A DNA stretch of 64,000 bases from Longimicrobiales bacterium (GTDB lineage Bacteria; Gemmatimonadota; Gemmatimonadetes; Longimicrobiales; Gaopeijiaceae): NCBI GenBank assembly GCA_963422615.1, contig OY730414.1, positions 1,968,302 through 2,032,301 of the forward strand, read 5' to 3'. Below the pieces are notes generated by a model. That model saw only the letters and a program-made list of their open reading frames with translations, was not told the origin of the DNA and ran no database searches. Both the position numbers and the translations under genes were made by a program. Shown one piece after another: positions 1 to 8,855 of this stretch (positions within the stretch are counted from its first letter, which is position 1; each line of letters begins with the position of its first letter).

Positions 1-176
1 ACTACCTTGCCCTTCCCCGTCTCTTCCGCGAGCTGGAGGGCGGCCTCAATCGCAAACTCGTCATAGGGGTTGACGACGTACTTCACCCCTCCCCGCTCCA
101 GATCCTGCCCGTCGGCCGCAATCCGGATCCGGGTCTCCGTGTCGGGTACCCGCTTCACGCACACGGTGATGTTCAC
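1..176 (-). CDS. etfB: Electron transfer flavoprotein beta subunit (partial, runs off window start)
   Basis: Manual translation from GTG 176: MNITVCVKRVPDTETRIRIAADG...VVNPYDEFAIEAAL, the typical ETF-beta N-terminus. GTGA overlap with the upstream gene's stop. Confidence 0.92.
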   Translation of the reverse strand, partial: MNITVCVKRVPDTETRIRIAADGQDLERGGVKYVVNPYDEFAIEAALQLAEETGKGKV

Positions 177-1588
177 TGGATCAGAGCTCCGGTCACGGCG
201 AAACTCGCCGCCGCGATGCCTCCGCCCAACAGAGCGTACGGCAGCTGGGTTCGCACATGGTCCACATGATCTGTGGCGGCCGCCATCGAAGATATGATCG
301 TCGTGTCGCTGACGGGAGAACAATGGTCGCCGAAGATTCCCCCGGAGAGGGCTGCCGCGAGAAAGGGCGCGGCGGGAAAGCCGAGGGTCTCGGCGGCTGG
401 CACCGCGATGGGAATCATGATGGCAAAGGTGCCCCAACTGGATCCGATGGAAAACGCGATCACCGACGATACGATGAAGACGAGGGGGAGGAAGGCCGCT
501 GCCGGCATTACGCCCCCGGTGATTCGGGCCACATAGTCACCCGTTCCCAGGTTGTCGGCGACATCGCCCAAGGTCAGGGCGAGGAGGAGGATCAGGGCCA
601 GAGGAACCAAGCCGCCCGCCCCCCGGAGGGCAATCCGGACGAGCTGGTCCACGGAGTAGGCTCTCTGGGCCAGCAAGAGAAGCCAAGCGACCCCCAGGGC
701 GCCCAACGAGGCCCAAAGAACGGAGGTGGAGCCCGATCCTTCGCTCAAGATCCCATTCCCCGTCACCCAAAGCCCGAAGGGCATCAGGGCCACAAGGACC
801 AGGACGGGAAGCACCATATTGACACCCCGGAGCGGAATTGGTGGGTCCCCGTCTCCACCAAGGACGCCCTCGCCCATCATGGGGACCGCCCCCGGGCGGA
901 GCACTTCCCCCTTGGCTGCCCGTGCCTCTGCCTTCTTCATGGGACCCCAGTCCAGCTTCAGGAGGATGACCATGAGGGCCAGAATCACCGCCGCAAAGGC
1001 ATAGAAGTTGAAGAGGATCGAATGCAGGAAGACGCCCAGGGGGTCCGCCACACCCGCGCTGTCCAGGAGACCCAGATTGAACGCGCCCCAGGCGTTGAGG
1101 GGAATCAGGATGCAGATCGGGGCGCTGGTGGAATCGATGAGGTAGGCCAGCTTCTCTCTGGAGGTCCGGTAACGATCGAAGAGAGGGCGAGAAACGGAGC
1201 CGGCAACCAGCACGGTGATGTTGGACTCAATGAAGATGACGACCCCGATCAGCCACGCGAGGAGCTGGGCCCGGCGGCCGTTGGTCACCCACCGGTTCCG
1301 CTCCAGCCAGGACACGAATCCCGCGACTCCCCCAGAAGCCCCCAGGGTGGCGATGAGGGCGCCCATCACCAGGGTGAACAGGATCACCCGGGCGTCTCCC
1401 GGAGACCCGAGAACCCGGACCGCGGACTCCACCGATTCCGCCAAGCCCGAAGCGAAGTTCCATCCCTGGAGAATGGACCAGCCAAGCCAGATGCCTCCGG
1501 CCAGAGACAGGTACACCTGCCTCGTGGCGACGGCCAGGCCGATGGCCAGGATGGGCGGCAGTAGGGAAACCCAGGTGGGATCGGTCAT
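173..1588 (-). CDS. Na+/H+ antiporter NhaC-family membrane protein
   Basis: Starts MTDPTWVSLLPPILAI. Multi-TM, with DSTSAP, GSSWGTF and GDHCSPVSDTTIISS motifs. Confidence 0.85.
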   Translation of the reverse strand: MTDPTWVSLLPPILAIGLAVATRQVYLSLAGGIWLGWSILQGWNFASGLAESVESAVRVLGSPGDARVILFTLVMGALIATLGASGGVAGFVSWLERNRWVTNGRRAQLLAWLIGVVIFIESNITVLVAGSVSRPLFDRYRTSREKLAYLIDSTSAPICILIPLNAWGAFNLGLLDSAGVADPLGVFLHSILFNFYAFAAVILALMVILLKLDWGPMKKAEARAAKGEVLRPGAVPMMGEGVLGGDGDPPIPLRGVNMVLPVLVLVALMPFGLWVTGNGILSEGSGSTSVLWASLGALGVAWLLLLAQRAYSVDQLVRIALRGAGGLVPLALILLLALTLGDVADNLGTGDYVARITGGVMPAAAFLPLVFIVSSVIAFSIGSSWGTFAIMIPIAVPAAETLGFPAAPFLAAALSGGIFGDHCSPVSDTTIISSMAAATDHVDHVRTQLPYALLGGGIAAASFAVTGALIQ

Positions 1589-1620
1589 CGCTTCCCGCGT
1601 AGCCCTTCCTTCGGGTTCAT
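1585..1620 (-). other. 11-codon bridging mini-ORF (MNPKEGLRGKR)
   Basis: ATG overlaps the DUF4153 TGA (ATGA), and its own TGA overlaps the NhaC ATG (ATGA). Translation not demonstrated. Confidence 0.4.
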
Positions 1621-3413
1621 GGCTCTTCGTTCCGCCGTAGGAGTACGGCGTCGAAGGAGAAGCCCGTGGCGATCCAGCCGACGGTTCGATCTTCCAGCGT
1701 GATGCTTCTGAGCAACAGAAGGGCCGACAGGGTATCGCCCGACAGATCCAGGGCCAGGACATCGCCGGGGACGTCCACCCGTTCCGTTTCGTTGAAGCGA
1801 AACGACCCGGCCGCAGGGACCCTGCCCGGCTGCTCCGCCCGTTCAATCAGCGGAGCCACGGAAGCCCGGGCTTCTTCACGGTCCCCCAGCCTCAAGACGA
1901 GGGCGAGACTGTCCTGGGATAGGGCGACTTGAAGGGGATCACCCCCGACCTGCACCTCCCCGTTTCCCTCTCCGATAACCATCCGTTCGAATCCCACGAC
2001 CGAAACCGGTTCTCGGCGGCCCGCCAAGCGGATCTGGACGGACCGACCGCCCGGAGCCGGGCGAAGGCCCAACTCCTGCAAGATTCGGGACACCTCCTGG
2101 TCCGCTCCGGACGCCGTGTCCGCGACCGGGAGTCCTCCGTCCATCCACGGCTGCAGGGCCGAGGTCCCATGGTTTTCCACCAGGTACCGAACCGCGCCCT
2201 CGACCTGCAACCAATCCTCGAAAGGAATCTCCCAAGGACCCGGCGAAACCTCGTCGTCGGACAGGACCCCGCTGGCGGACAGGATTCCCTCGATCCGCGA
2301 CACTTGGCTCCTCTCGGCGACGGAGTACGCAGACCAGGGTCCGACAAACGTGATCGCGCCGACGACGGCCAGCGAGAAGGGGATTCCCCTGATTTCCCTC
2401 GTTCGCGTGACGATGTGGTAGATGGCGGTGCCGGCGAGCCACACGGCCAAGACGCCCAGGAGGTACCGCCTTTCGGTGATCCCGTATTGCTGGAATCGCT
2501 GCCAGAGTGCCAGGAGAACCATGACGGCAGAAGGCAGGATCGATATCCAGAACGCGAGGGCATAGCGGTGGATCCAGCCGCGCTCTTCCCTGAGGCGTTC
2601 CGGATGTACCATGAGGAGGGAAAAGATGCCGCCAACCGCCAGGCTCGACACCAGGTAGCTGATCCATCCGCTGGGCCATGTTCCCGTAACGAGGATCTTT
2701 CCCATGTAGACGGTCAGGATGGTGACGTAAACCGCAACCAGCGGAAGCATGACGTACTGGGAGAAGACTTTCAGTCCCGCCGGATACTCCCGGTTCCGCT
2801 CCAGGTCGGCAAAGTCGGAAGGCACGCCCGCCAGAAAGAACAGTGGATGGACGATGAAGGCGTTGAGGAAGAAAAGTCTCTCGTAGGTCTCATCGGGGAC
2901 GGCAATGCCGAGAAGGTTGTCGATGGCGGCGAGGGCCAGGGCAAGCCCCAGGTAGAGGGCACCGGCGTAGATGCCCGCCAGACCAAAACGAAAGAAGAGG
3001 GCCCGGTTGAACTGCCAGAAGCCGTTGGGTTCCCTGACCCCCAGGTAGGGAACCATGGCCGCCGCCATGTGGAGCGTGGCGCTGAGGTGAAAGTACCGCT
3101 GGACCTGGCTCTCGTCCTCCCAACGCCCGAACAGGAAATAGAGGACGACGAGAAAGGCCGCACTCAGTCCATTGAAGATCCAACGGGACCCGGAAGCCAC
3201 CCGATGCCGTTCACCAAGGAGGACGACGGAGGTGAAGAGCGGCAACCCCAAGCTCCCCGCAAAAAACAGCCGCAACCAGGGTCCTTCCCCTTCCGAACCC
3301 ACGACCAGGATTCCGGCAAAGCTGGCTGTAATCCCGCAGATGACGGCCCCGGGGAACCGCTTTGCCGCCCGCTTCACCGCGTCAACGATGCCTTGAAGGA
3401 AACGAAAGTTCAT
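1617..3413 (-). CDS. DUF4153-domain membrane protein
   Basis: Multi-TM with FWQFN, PLVAVYVTILTVY, RFQQYGITERRY and GPWSAYSVAERSQ motifs. AAGGAGG RBS before ATG 3413. Confidence 0.8.
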   Translation of the reverse strand: MNFRFLQGIVDAVKRAAKRFPGAVICGITASFAGILVVGSEGEGPWLRLFFAGSLGLPLFTSVVLLGERHRVASGSRWIFNGLSAAFLVVLYFLFGRWEDESQVQRYFHLSATLHMAAAMVPYLGVREPNGFWQFNRALFFRFGLAGIYAGALYLGLALALAAIDNLLGIAVPDETYERLFFLNAFIVHPLFFLAGVPSDFADLERNREYPAGLKVFSQYVMLPLVAVYVTILTVYMGKILVTGTWPSGWISYLVSSLAVGGIFSLLMVHPERLREERGWIHRYALAFWISILPSAVMVLLALWQRFQQYGITERRYLLGVLAVWLAGTAIYHIVTRTREIRGIPFSLAVVGAITFVGPWSAYSVAERSQVSRIEGILSASGVLSDDEVSPGPWEIPFEDWLQVEGAVRYLVENHGTSALQPWMDGGLPVADTASGADQEVSRILQELGLRPAPGGRSVQIRLAGRREPVSVVGFERMVIGEGNGEVQVGGDPLQVALSQDSLALVLRLGDREEARASVAPLIERAEQPGRVPAAGSFRFNETERVDVPGDVLALDLSGDTLSALLLLRSITLEDRTVGWIATGFSFDAVLLRRNEEP

Positions 3414-3464
3414 GAAGCCTCCTTGAGGATCTGGGATCGAAAACATGGAATCGAAAACAAGAAG

Positions 3465-4115
3465 CTACCATCTCGGCGGCTTCACCGCCGGATGTCCCTT
3501 GAGGAAGAAACGTAACGGCCAGTCCGCCGCTCTGGACACGCCGATCCGCCCAGAAACACCCACGTCGGAGTCCCGAACCCTTCGGCCTTCCAGGAGTCGC
3601 ACCGGAGGGTCGGCCAAGAGGTGGCCATTGTGATGCAGACTGAGCCCCAGAGCCTGGGCCAACCGTCCCGGACCGTTGCACAGGTCCGCGTTCCGTCCCC
3701 GCCGCTCTGCCATCCCGTCCAGTCCGGACAGGGGCTCCAAAGCCCGAACCAGCACAGCTTCCGGGACCCCCTTCTTGCCGGTGACCACGTTGGCGCAATG
3801 GTGAACACCGTAGGAAAGGTAGACGTAGAGCGTCCCTGGTTCTCCGAACATGGCTTCGTTGCGAGCGGTCCTCCCCACGGAGGCCCGGGCGTGGCTGGCC
3901 GGATCGGCAAAACCCAGATACGCCTCCGTTTCCACGATCACTCCGCTGGTCTCCAGGCCGTCCACTGTGGAATACAGGACCGCGCCCAGGAGACTCCGGG
4001 CCGCTTCCCTGCAGCCCGTCTCCAGAAAGTTGACCGGAAAACGGCTGGCTTTCAAAAAAGCGCGGCCGATCCCAAGTCGAACGGCGGCGAGCTCCGTCTC
4101 AGTCGCGGCTACCAC
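3465..4115 (-). CDS. mpg: DNA-3-methyladenine glycosylase (MPG/AAG family)
   Basis: IVETEAY, DPASHA, YVYLSYGVH, AVLVRALEP, NGPGRL and RIGVS motifs. Start may instead be TTG 4055. Confidence 0.93.
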   Translation of the reverse strand: MVAATETELAAVRLGIGRAFLKASRFPVNFLETGCREAARSLLGAVLYSTVDGLETSGVIVETEAYLGFADPASHARASVGRTARNEAMFGEPGTLYVYLSYGVHHCANVVTGKKGVPEAVLVRALEPLSGLDGMAERRGRNADLCNGPGRLAQALGLSLHHNGHLLADPPVRLLEGRRVRDSDVGVSGRIGVSRAADWPLRFFLKGHPAVKPPRW

Positions 4116-5985
4116 CGCGCCCTCGGGTCAGGCGAGCGGCCCCCCGAAGCAGGCCCACCCATCCGGACGACCCCCTGGGTTCGGACCCAGGGGCCTCATC
4201 AGGGCCGGAATCGGGATCCGTACTCTCCTTCGGCGAGGGCCCCTTGTCGGGTGGATCTGGCCCGCCGATTTCTTCCGATGGGGCGGCTCCGGCGGGAGAG
4301 GTGTGCGCGCCATTCCCGGCCCGGCGTCTCGTGGTGGGACGACCGGCGCTGTCGTTTGCAGAATCGCTCGGGTTGGCGACCGCCTCCTCCGGCACGACCC
4401 GAAGGGCGCGGGTCCTGCGCTCGTAGTCTTCCTTCCACGCGACCCGAACCTGCTGGGCTCTCGCCGGGGGCAGGAGCGTGTCGATCTTCTCGGGATCGTC
4501 CCGAAAGATCGTGAACAGACGGGTCCCGAAAGCCTTCACGAGGGCTTCCGCCGTCCGTACACCCACGCCCCGATAGCGGTTCGCCAGGTAGCTCTTGATG
4601 GCGTCACGGGTCGTCGGCAAGCCCAAGGCCTTCGAATCCACCTCGGCGGGCACTTCGCTTTCCCCCCTCTTCCCCGTGGAAGGGGAGGTTTTCGCAGGAC
4701 GGGACCCGGCGCCCTTTCCCTTGCTCTTCGTCGACCTCCGGTTCCTCTCCGAACGGTCGGATCCCGTTCGTGAAGTCCCGCCGGCGGAGGAGGCAGGACG
4801 CACTCGGTAGTTCCCCGAATCCTGGCGTTCCAGAGCGACGGCCCCCTCCTTTTCGGCGTATAGGAGAAACTTGCTGAATTTGGAGAAGCCAAAGGCACCT
4901 TCGTCGAAGCCGCGGTCCAGTGCAAGGAGTCTTCGCTTGAGGTCCGCGTCCCGGACATCAACCTTACCTTCCCCGCCCAACTCCTTCAGTGCCCGCCGCA
5001 GCAGATCCAGGGCCGGAGCCGTATCCGCCGTATCCCGGGGGTGACCGGCGTCCCGGGTAGGCGGGCGACTCCTTCCCTCCCCCTCCTTGCGGCTTCCCTT
5101 GCGGCTTCCGCCCGCCGCGCCCGTCCGGCGGGAGGCGGGGACCCGCCGTCCCTTTCGGGGGGTTTCTTCTCCATTGCGAGCTGGATCCGCCCCCCGGGAC
5201 GGTTGGGTTCCGGCTGCCTTCTCCGGTGGGGAAATTAGGTACTGTCCGTTTTCTCCCCGTTGGATTCCGAGAAGTCCCTTGTTCGCCGCTTCGACCAGGA
5301 ACTTCGAAAACTTCTTGAACCCGAAGTTCCGTTCGCTGAAGCTGGGGGAAATCTCCATCATGACTTGTTTCAGCCGATCCGAACGCATGATGTCCCCCCG
5401 TTCGGTCATGCGTCCCAGCGCCTCCTCTACGCATTGCCACGGGTCGGGGGCCCCCACCCCACGCTCCTTGCTCAGGCCCGTCAGCGCGGTGTAGGAATAG
5501 TACTCATCGCAGTTCTGGACGAGGATGTCCGAGCTGGATTCTTGAATTCCGATCCCGATCACGTACTTCCCGTACTCCTTGAGCTTCAGGACCAGGCTGG
5601 AGAAGTCGGAATCACCGGTGAGGAGGATGAACGTTCCGATTTCGGGACGGATGAAGACGAGCTCAATGCCGTCGATGGCCATCCGGATATCGGTGGCGTT
5701 TTTCTTCGAGCTTCCGTAGGCGGGCGCGAAGATGAGATCGATGGACGCCTCGGACAAGGGAACGATGTACTGGGGGTACCGGCGCCAGTCTGCGTAGGCC
5801 CGCTGGACCGTCACCTTTCCCTTGATAATGTCCGAATCCAGCAGGTTTTTCAGCTCTTTGGCGAGATCGCTCCGCATGCCCATCGTGACATTGTCGAAAT
5901 CAATGAGCAGGGCGGCGTTGGGAGCCTCCCCGGAAGCCGGCCGACTGGAGTCGGTGTGAGGAAATCTCATATAGGGATTCACCAT
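4099..5985 (-). CDS. NYN (LabA-like) domain protein with two OST-HTH/LOTUS domains and a RecD2-like helix-hairpin-helix domain
   Basis: IDFDNV, KNATDI and TGDSDF (NYN). Two F-x-E-x-x-FGF-x-KFSKFL repeats (LOTUS). YLANRYRGVGVRTAEALVKAFG (HhH). Confidence 0.85.
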   Translation of the reverse strand: MVNPYMRFPHTDSSRPASGEAPNAALLIDFDNVTMGMRSDLAKELKNLLDSDIIKGKVTVQRAYADWRRYPQYIVPLSEASIDLIFAPAYGSSKKNATDIRMAIDGIELVFIRPEIGTFILLTGDSDFSSLVLKLKEYGKYVIGIGIQESSSDILVQNCDEYYSYTALTGLSKERGVGAPDPWQCVEEALGRMTERGDIMRSDRLKQVMMEISPSFSERNFGFKKFSKFLVEAANKGLLGIQRGENGQYLISPPEKAAGTQPSRGADPARNGEETPRKGRRVPASRRTGAAGGSRKGSRKEGEGRSRPPTRDAGHPRDTADTAPALDLLRRALKELGGEGKVDVRDADLKRRLLALDRGFDEGAFGFSKFSKFLLYAEKEGAVALERQDSGNYRVRPASSAGGTSRTGSDRSERNRRSTKSKGKGAGSRPAKTSPSTGKRGESEVPAEVDSKALGLPTTRDAIKSYLANRYRGVGVRTAEALVKAFGTRLFTIFRDDPEKIDTLLPPARAQQVRVAWKEDYERRTRALRVVPEEAVANPSDSANDSAGRPTTRRRAGNGAHTSPAGAAPSEEIGGPDPPDKGPSPKESTDPDSGPDEAPGSEPRGSSGWVGLLRGAARLTRGRGGSRD

Positions 5986-7610
5986 GTTGGTCGTGGATTT
6001 TGCCCGTGTTTTCGCTCCTCCGCTGGGCGGTTCGGTCGGTTCGACAGTACGAGCCTTGCCAGCTCGGCCCGATTGACCCTTCCGGTGTCGGCAAGGGGGA
6101 GGTCATCCATGAAGCTAACAAGATCGGGCAGCTTGTATTCCGTCAGGGTCAGGGCGCACCATTCCCGCAGCTCCCCTTCATCAACGATCCCTCCCTCAAC
6201 CCGGACGACGCAGGCGCAAACCGCCTCCCCCAGGATATCGTCGGGAATGCCGGTCACGGCAGCCCGCTCGACGGCAGGGTGGGCCATGAGGCGGTCTTCC
6301 ACCTCCCAGGGGTGGACGTTGGAGCCCCCCCGGATCACCACGTCCTCGGGCCGACCCACTAGATGGAGGTAGCCCTCCTTGTCCATCATGCCCAGGTCCC
6401 CGGTCCGCAGGTAGCCATCCGGATCGATGACCGCCGCCGTCGCCCCCGGCTGGCGGGAGTACCGAAGCATCACCCCCGGACCCCTGACCCGAATTTCGCC
6501 TAGGCTCTCCGGAGGAAGGAGGGACCCGTCGTCTCCGGTCACCCGGACGGTCGTTCCCGCAATGGCCCGGCCCACGGTGAACGAACGCTTTTCTCGAGGA
6601 TCGCTTGGACGGCTCATCGCAAGGGTGGAGGCAGCCTCGGTCAGGGAATAGGCGACCAGCAAGGGCACGCCAAAGCCCTCTTCGATGCGCCGCGCCAAGT
6701 TGCTCCGCATAGGTGCCCCCGATGCGAGGCAGACGCGCACGGAGCCGGGAGGCCGCCCTCGGCGCTCGATCTCTTGGAGTACCGTCGCGAACAAGGTGGG
6801 CACTCCGTAGTGGACGGTGGCTTGGTGACGCTCCGCCAAGTCGAAAGTGGTCGCGGGCTCGAAGTCGTCCTGCAGCACAAGGCTCGCGCCTCCCAGTAAC
6901 GTTCCCATGAGTCCGGGACCCAGGCCAAAGACGGAAAAGAGGGCCGTAACGCCCGCCACCACATCGCCGGCAACGAGCCCCGCCACCCTTGCGGTCTCCC
7001 CGGAAGCGTAGAGGACGTTCCGGTGGCTGAGCTCAACCCCCTTGGGCTTGCCCGTCGTCCCAGAAGTGTAGACGACGGCGAAAGGGTCGTCCGGGCCCGA
7101 CTGGAAGGCGGCAAGATCCCGTCCCCTTCCTGCGGACAGCAGGTCCTCCCACTGGAAGATCCTGTCGTCGTACCAGAGGTCCTCCTGTCCCACCGTGACC
7201 AAGTGGCAGAGGCGGGGCAACTCAACCAGAAGATCCTCGAATCGCTGAAGGAAGTCGATGCCGTAGGCGTCTTCTGCCGAGATCGCGCAGGTCGCTCCCG
7301 AGTGCCGAAGCATGTAGCGCAGTTCGGCGAGGGTCAGGCGCGGATCCAGCGGCACGATGGTCGCCCCCAGCCTTGCCGCGGCAAATGCCGCCACCGCGAA
7401 CTCGGGCCACGCCGGGAGAACCAGAGCAACCCGGTCCCCCGCCGCGATCCCTAGATGCGCCAGGGACGCCGCCAGTGCCTCCGCTTGGCGTTCCGTTTGG
7501 CCGTAAGTCAGGCGGGAATCGGGGGACAGGAGGAAGGGTGCCTCGGGGTCGCTGGCCGCGCGACGGGCCAGAACCGATGAGACTGTGAGGTCCAGGGAAG
7601 GTGCCTCCAT
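5979..7610 (-). CDS. Class I adenylate-forming enzyme (acyl-CoA ligase-like)
   Basis: YTSGTTGKPKG, YSLTE, TGDLG and RGGSNVHPWEVE. GGAGAGG RBS before ATG 7610. The A10 lysine is replaced by Arg. Confidence 0.88.
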   Translation of the reverse strand: MEAPSLDLTVSSVLARRAASDPEAPFLLSPDSRLTYGQTERQAEALAASLAHLGIAAGDRVALVLPAWPEFAVAAFAAARLGATIVPLDPRLTLAELRYMLRHSGATCAISAEDAYGIDFLQRFEDLLVELPRLCHLVTVGQEDLWYDDRIFQWEDLLSAGRGRDLAAFQSGPDDPFAVVYTSGTTGKPKGVELSHRNVLYASGETARVAGLVAGDVVAGVTALFSVFGLGPGLMGTLLGGASLVLQDDFEPATTFDLAERHQATVHYGVPTLFATVLQEIERRGRPPGSVRVCLASGAPMRSNLARRIEEGFGVPLLVAYSLTEAASTLAMSRPSDPREKRSFTVGRAIAGTTVRVTGDDGSLLPPESLGEIRVRGPGVMLRYSRQPGATAAVIDPDGYLRTGDLGMMDKEGYLHLVGRPEDVVIRGGSNVHPWEVEDRLMAHPAVERAAVTGIPDDILGEAVCACVVRVEGGIVDEGELREWCALTLTEYKLPDLVSFMDDLPLADTGRVNRAELARLVLSNRPNRPAEERKHGQNPRPTW

Positions 7611-7727
7611 GTCCTCTCCGGCCATCACGACACGGGCTGCCACAACAACGGGGTCGCCCGACTTCCGGGAGCCCCCAGACCACAGATCCTCGTCGCTTGG
7701 GGCACTTGAGTCAAATGGCAACCCCTC

Positions 7728-8855
7728 TCACGGGGACCCAGTGGACCTACGATTCGCGACCCATCCCTCCAGAATGCCGACAACTTCCCTCCCCGGAACG
7801 GGAACGGCGGGTCCCAGGGGGCTCACCTTTCCCACTTCCTTCAGAAGGACCAGGTGGACAACCCCGTCCCGGACCTTCTTGTCCCGGGCCATGAGGGCGG
7901 CCAGCCGTTCGGCCTCCATCAGTCCGGCGGGATCGGAGGGCAGGCCGAAGGCCTGCACCATGGCCCGGATTTCGCTCCCAGTGCCCGGCGCGGTGACCCC
8001 CAGCGCTTCGCCAATTCGGGCTTCCGCCACCATCCCCGCGGCGACGGCATGGCCGTGAGAGAGGGTGTAGCCCGAAGCCGCTTCCAGCGCGTGTCCCACC
8101 GTGTGGCCGAAGTTCAGAATTTGGCGGGCACCGACCTCGAATTCGTCGGCGGACACGACCCCCGCCTTGAGCTCGACGGAACGAACCACCGCCCGCGCCA
8201 CGTCGTCCGGGTTCCCCGACAGAAGGGACGGGGCCCGCCGGATCAGCCACTCGGCATAGGCGTCGTCAAGGATTACGCCGTGCTTGATGGCCTCCGCAAA
8301 CCCCTCCGCCCTGCGCGCCTTGTCCAGCGTACCCAGGAAGTCGGGATCCGCCAGAACCGCAGCAGGCGGATGAAAGGCTCCGACCATGTTCTTGGCGACC
8401 GGGTGATCCACCCCCGTCTTCCCCCCAACGGAGGCGTCGATCATGGCCAGGGTTGTCGTGGGAACCTGCACGAAGGGAACGCTCCGCATGTAGGTGGCCG
8501 CCACGAACCCGGCGACGTCTCCCACGACCCCGCCTCCCAGGGATACCACGCAACTGTCCCGTCCCAACCCGGCTTCCACCAGGGCGTCGGTCAGATCCGC
8601 CCACGTCTCTCGCGTCTTGTTGGATTCCCCGGGCGGGAAGGTGACGGGAACCGCGTCGATCCCTTCCCCACGAAGGTCAGCCCCAACCGGAAGGCCCCAG
8701 AGGGAAGCGACGGTTTCATCGGAGATGAGGGCGCAGCGCCCCGCCGAGGCTGCTTGGGCGACCATCCCGGGAAGGCGGGTTCGGACCCCGGACCCGACAT
8801 GGACGATGTAGTTGCCACCGACCGAGGAAACCGGAACTTCCGCCTGGCGCTTCAG
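7728..8855 (-). CDS. aroB: 3-dehydroquinate synthase
   Basis: GGGVVGDVAGF, PTTTLAMIDASVGGKTG, LNFGHTVGHALE and HGHAV. Start inferred at CTG 8855 (uncertain). Confidence 0.93.
   Translation of the reverse strand: MKRQAEVPVSSVGGNYIVHVGSGVRTRLPGMVAQAASAGRCALISDETVASLWGLPVGADLRGEGIDAVPVTFPPGESNKTRETWADLTDALVEAGLGRDSCVVSLGGGVVGDVAGFVAATYMRSVPFVQVPTTTLAMIDASVGGKTGVDHPVAKNMVGAFHPPAAVLADPDFLGTLDKARRAEGFAEAIKHGVILDDAYAEWLIRRAPSLLSGNPDDVARAVVRSVELKAGVVSADEFEVGARQILNFGHTVGHALEAASGYTLSHGHAVAAGMVAEARIGEALGVTAPGTGSEIRAMVQAFGLPSDPAGLMEAERLAALMARDKKVRDGVVHLVLLKEVGKVSPLGPAVPVPGREVVGILEGWVANRRSTGSP

Noticed and set aside
7711..7731. Mini-ORF MRGVAI after aroB as another relay ORF
   Set aside because: It is coupled only at the 5' end and stops about 100 bp before the likely downstream start.
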